DNA from: Tubiluchus corallicola
Taxonomy: Eukaryota; Animalia; Priapulida
Length of the DNA: 28,455 nucleotides
Assembly: GCA_030141605.1 (NCBI GenBank)
Contig: JAQGDQ010001704.1
Location: 1-28,455, forward strand
Reading direction: 5' to 3'
A program made the position numbers and the translations under genes. Shown in pieces: positions 24,869 to 28,455 of the stretch. Positions within the stretch are counted from its first letter, which is position 1. Each line of letters begins with the position of its first letter. The notes beneath the pieces were generated by a model that was given only the letters and a program-made list of their open reading frames with translations, did not search any database and was not told where the DNA came from.

Positions 24869-25518
24869 AACATGTAAATTAGTGAAGAAAACGAATTTAT
24901 AAAGAGACAAACAAGTGAGTAAAGAATAGGACTTGCATCGGCAGTAATGCCGTATAAAACATGTAAATTTAGTCTCCCGCGTTTACCGTTAGACGCAGCC
25001 ATTTTGACGATAAGTCATTTGAAACAAGTTTAGATAACATTGAGTGAAGTTTGAAAAAATAATCAGAGCTTTCGTAGCGCACAAGTCACTAACTAAGTAA
25101 AATTTTAAATTACTGTATCTTGTCAATAAGATTCAAAATTACGTTTTTTTGGTTAGTGAGTGGTGCACCCTGGAAGTGAGTCAACGACATTTTGCCAATT
25201 AGTGAAAACATTTTAAATAATTAATAATTTTATTTTCTAGTTACATAAGTCATTCAACCAGGTAAATTTAACGTTAAGTAGCTTAAATTGCATGGAAAGT
25301 TTTTTGCGACATAGTTTAACATTTCCTTTTCTTCCCCTAGTTTATACGTTTTGCGTATATGACGTCATGTAATGGCGCGGTCAGAACAGCATTTAAAATC
25401 AAAACAAACAAAAATTCCTTTCAACTCCAGTACGATATATGCTTAAATAAGATAAAGTAATATATTTTTTTAAGGCGACTTTTCTGAAGCCTACTTCATG
25501 TACCCCTATTCTTGTCCT
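24643..25518 (-). mobile_element. Non-autonomous TTAA-flanked DNA transposon (Kolobok/T2-like), second copy, intronic
   Basis: TTAA at 24639..24642 and 25519..25522; termini (agcaa)AGCACAAGAAAA and ATTCTTGTCCT. Inverted homologue of 13458..14135, with an internal (GA)n at ~24738..24865. Confidence 0.75.
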
Positions 25519-25895
25519 TTAAGCTTTTGATTGGCCAGTCCTTGTTACAAATGTACCATTATCATACTCACAGACTGAGGATGACAATCAAGGGCATCTG
25601 CCGCTGCTTTTGCAAGGCGGCAATCTATATTACTGTAGACTCTGCTTATATAAAATGGTTGTACGTATGTAAAAAAAGATTATCACTGATGATGACAGCA
25701 GTAGTCTGTCGAAACGTTTGACATGATTTTCTAACTATGTAAATTACAAGTTTTAATAAAATTGTGGTGTTTTAACTATAAATCAAAGTGCATGTAATGA
25801 CTTTTGAGACATCCTACATTAATAATTGAGATATACGTCACGCAGGTTGCCCTATTTACGTGTAATTACGAGTTATTTCAGGTAAAAGTACTTAC

Positions 25896-25943
25896 ACAAG
25901 CCGTTGCTAGAATAACAAAGACTAGAAGTAGAATTCCTTTCAT
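25896..25943 (-). CDS. Signal-peptide exon MKGILLLVFVILATAC
   Basis: attttgcag|GTAACAAC ATG AAA ... GCT TGT|GTAAGT: acceptor at 25952/25951, 8-nt UTR, 16 codons, phase-0 donor. Confidence 0.85.
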
Positions 25944-26180
25944 GTTGTTACCTGCAAAATACAATTATTACAACAATATAAACCCGCTGCTGAATTTATT
26001 CATGAACCACAGGAGAGCAAGAGACTTTTATCCCTTGAAAATTTGTAAAATTGTTTTGCTTCCGGTTTGCACCTTTAGGTTGCACTTCCTGGCAGTTTAA
26101 AGAGTCCGTAAATACGTAATTAATAATGTCATATACAAACAAAATGCTCTTGTGATTATTAAAAGTAATGTTATTTAACA

Positions 26181-26868
<688 letters not shown>

Positions 26869-27242
26869 TTTTATTATACTGAAAATACTGTATTTTACAA
26901 AACATAATATGCGTGTTCGGTCTACTGCACAAATAATAGAAAGGATTAAATAAAACTAATTATGGCGCCGTTCTCAGTTTAAATTTATATTCGGTTGATG
27001 TTTATAATTGGCAATTAAATGATGGGAAACGTAATACTGTAGAACATAATAATTGAAATAACCAAAAATTTACAATTCTAAACTACCGTTTTACGTGTTT
27101 AATTGCTAAATGTAGTATGTTATTATTACATAAAATATTAAAGTACAAATCATATCTTCACGATAAGGATTAATGAAAGGCGACCTATGTACTCAAAGAT
27201 TCAGTAGACTTTTAGCCATTGTTTTAATCATTAAACATAGTA

Positions 27243-27597
27243 ATGCGGCCATGCGCACATGTCTGATCTCAGATAGATAAAGTCCTGTCGCTCACACAGT
27301 TTGTTGTCAGTTGTCACGGGCTTAAAAGCCATTTACCAACATATTCTTGAGCTGCGGCAATTTAGGCTATTCGTAAGCAAAACATTTCTTGTTTAGGATT
27401 TTATCAAGTTTACGTATAAATTTCTGTATGTTTATTTGTTTAAAATTACAATTACAAATTACAACATTAAAATTACAATTACAAATTACTTCATTAAAAT
27501 TACACATGCTTGTTTCGTTTTACACAGCAATAAAACAAGGGCTAAAAATTTTCTGAAGCAGCACCCCCACTAATTTTAGCTACTGCAGCCGCCATTG
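27243..27597 (-). mobile_element. Truncated, diverged copy of the hAT-like MITE at 4802..5326
   Basis: The reverse complement reads caatggcggctgcagtagctaaaattagtgggggtgct... through ...tcagacatgtgcgcatggccgcat, matching 4802..~5126; the second TIR is absent. Confidence 0.8.
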
Positions 27598-27774
27598 TAG
27601 CCTACTCTAGTATAAGCTCGTCATTACCACGCTTTTACCTTGATTACTGCAGTTCAATGTGAGTGTAAGGCTTCAATGCGATGTGTTATGATGTTCAAAA
27701 CACACAGTTGCACTTCACAAAGCATTAGATCATAAGTAATAACAGAGTATAATATGAAGTATGGCAGGTATGTT

Positions 27775-28399
27775 TTAGATCAGATTAGATTTTATAGATT
27801 TATTTCGCAATAAACATACATATGCATTACATGTGCATCGATAATCAGTTTTTGATAATACAAAATTATGATACAATTCATGAATTCTGCGCTAGAGACC
27901 TTAGAAGCTAGCTTATGGTAGGCCACTGGAATTAGTTACGAAAAAAATTATATACAGATACAATATTACAATATATACAAATATATAGGGTGGGAAGTAA
28001 TAAAAATATTATTATACTAGAGGGGAAGTTTTTGAAAATGAAAAACAACAAATCATGATTGAGTGATCAGTTATATGTTTCAAGTAAGTTTATTTTATAA
28101 TTTTTTTTAAATATGGACAGCGAGTTGGCATTTTTAATAGCTGGAGCAATTGAATTCCATATGTAAGGGCCATTGTATTTAATAGAAAATTTTCCAACAT
28201 TAGTGTTGCACTGAATGTAGTGATAGTTCAGTCTATAAGATGTGCCGTAATTATGTATCTCAGCATTCAAACAAAAATAATCAGTAAATAAGGGAGGCAA
28301 TAATTTATGAGAGAATTTGTACATGAAAATGGCAGTTTGGAACTTATTAATGTCATAAATGTTTAGAAAGTTTAGTCTTTTAAATATTGGTGGTGTATG
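27775..28399 (-). mobile_element. 5'-truncated LINE (L2/Crack/CR1 group): ORF2 C-terminus (28067..28399) plus 3' UTR and tail
   Basis: Translation HTPPIFKRLNFLNIYDINKFQTAIFMYK...IHNYGT...FSIKYNGPYIWNSIAPAIKNANSLSIFKKNYK matches the typical post-RT C-terminus (HxYxTR, GxxxWNxLP, SxxxFK). The 3' end has AATAAA followed by ATCTA-like repeats. Confidence 0.8.
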
Positions 28400-28455
28400 A
28401 AAAATATAACAACAAACATATACACAACCAACTGATCAACAGTCTGACGGTGCTG

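Overview
AT-rich, microsatellite-dense eukaryotic (probably invertebrate animal) genomic DNA with spliceosomal introns; the taxon cannot be fixed from the sequence. The + strand carries a two-exon GT31-family (beta-1,3-galactosyltransferase-like) gene (1728..2731 + 4331..4568, 413 aa). Facing it on the - strand is a cluster encoding small secreted Gly/Tyr/His-rich proteins. The cluster has five homologous 'body' exons (22993..23439, 15611..15857, 10276..10776, 8384..8728, 6347..6709), all with phase-0 acceptors, but I found only three signal-peptide exons (25896..25943, 18061..18111, 11422..11460), all ending in phase-0 GTAAGT donors. The most striking inference is that the single signal exon at 11422..11460 is spliced to three mutually exclusive terminal exons. 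All five bodies share a non-repetitive core (hydrophobic stretch, Thr/Ser tract, then [FY]A[RK]xLLxx[LI]G, which is degenerate in one) between GGY/GHGY repeat arms. The remainder is TTAA-flanked, hAT-like and Harbinger-like non-autonomous DNA transposons, LINE 3' ends, minisatellites and long microsatellites. All splice models are predictions read by eye and need transcript support.
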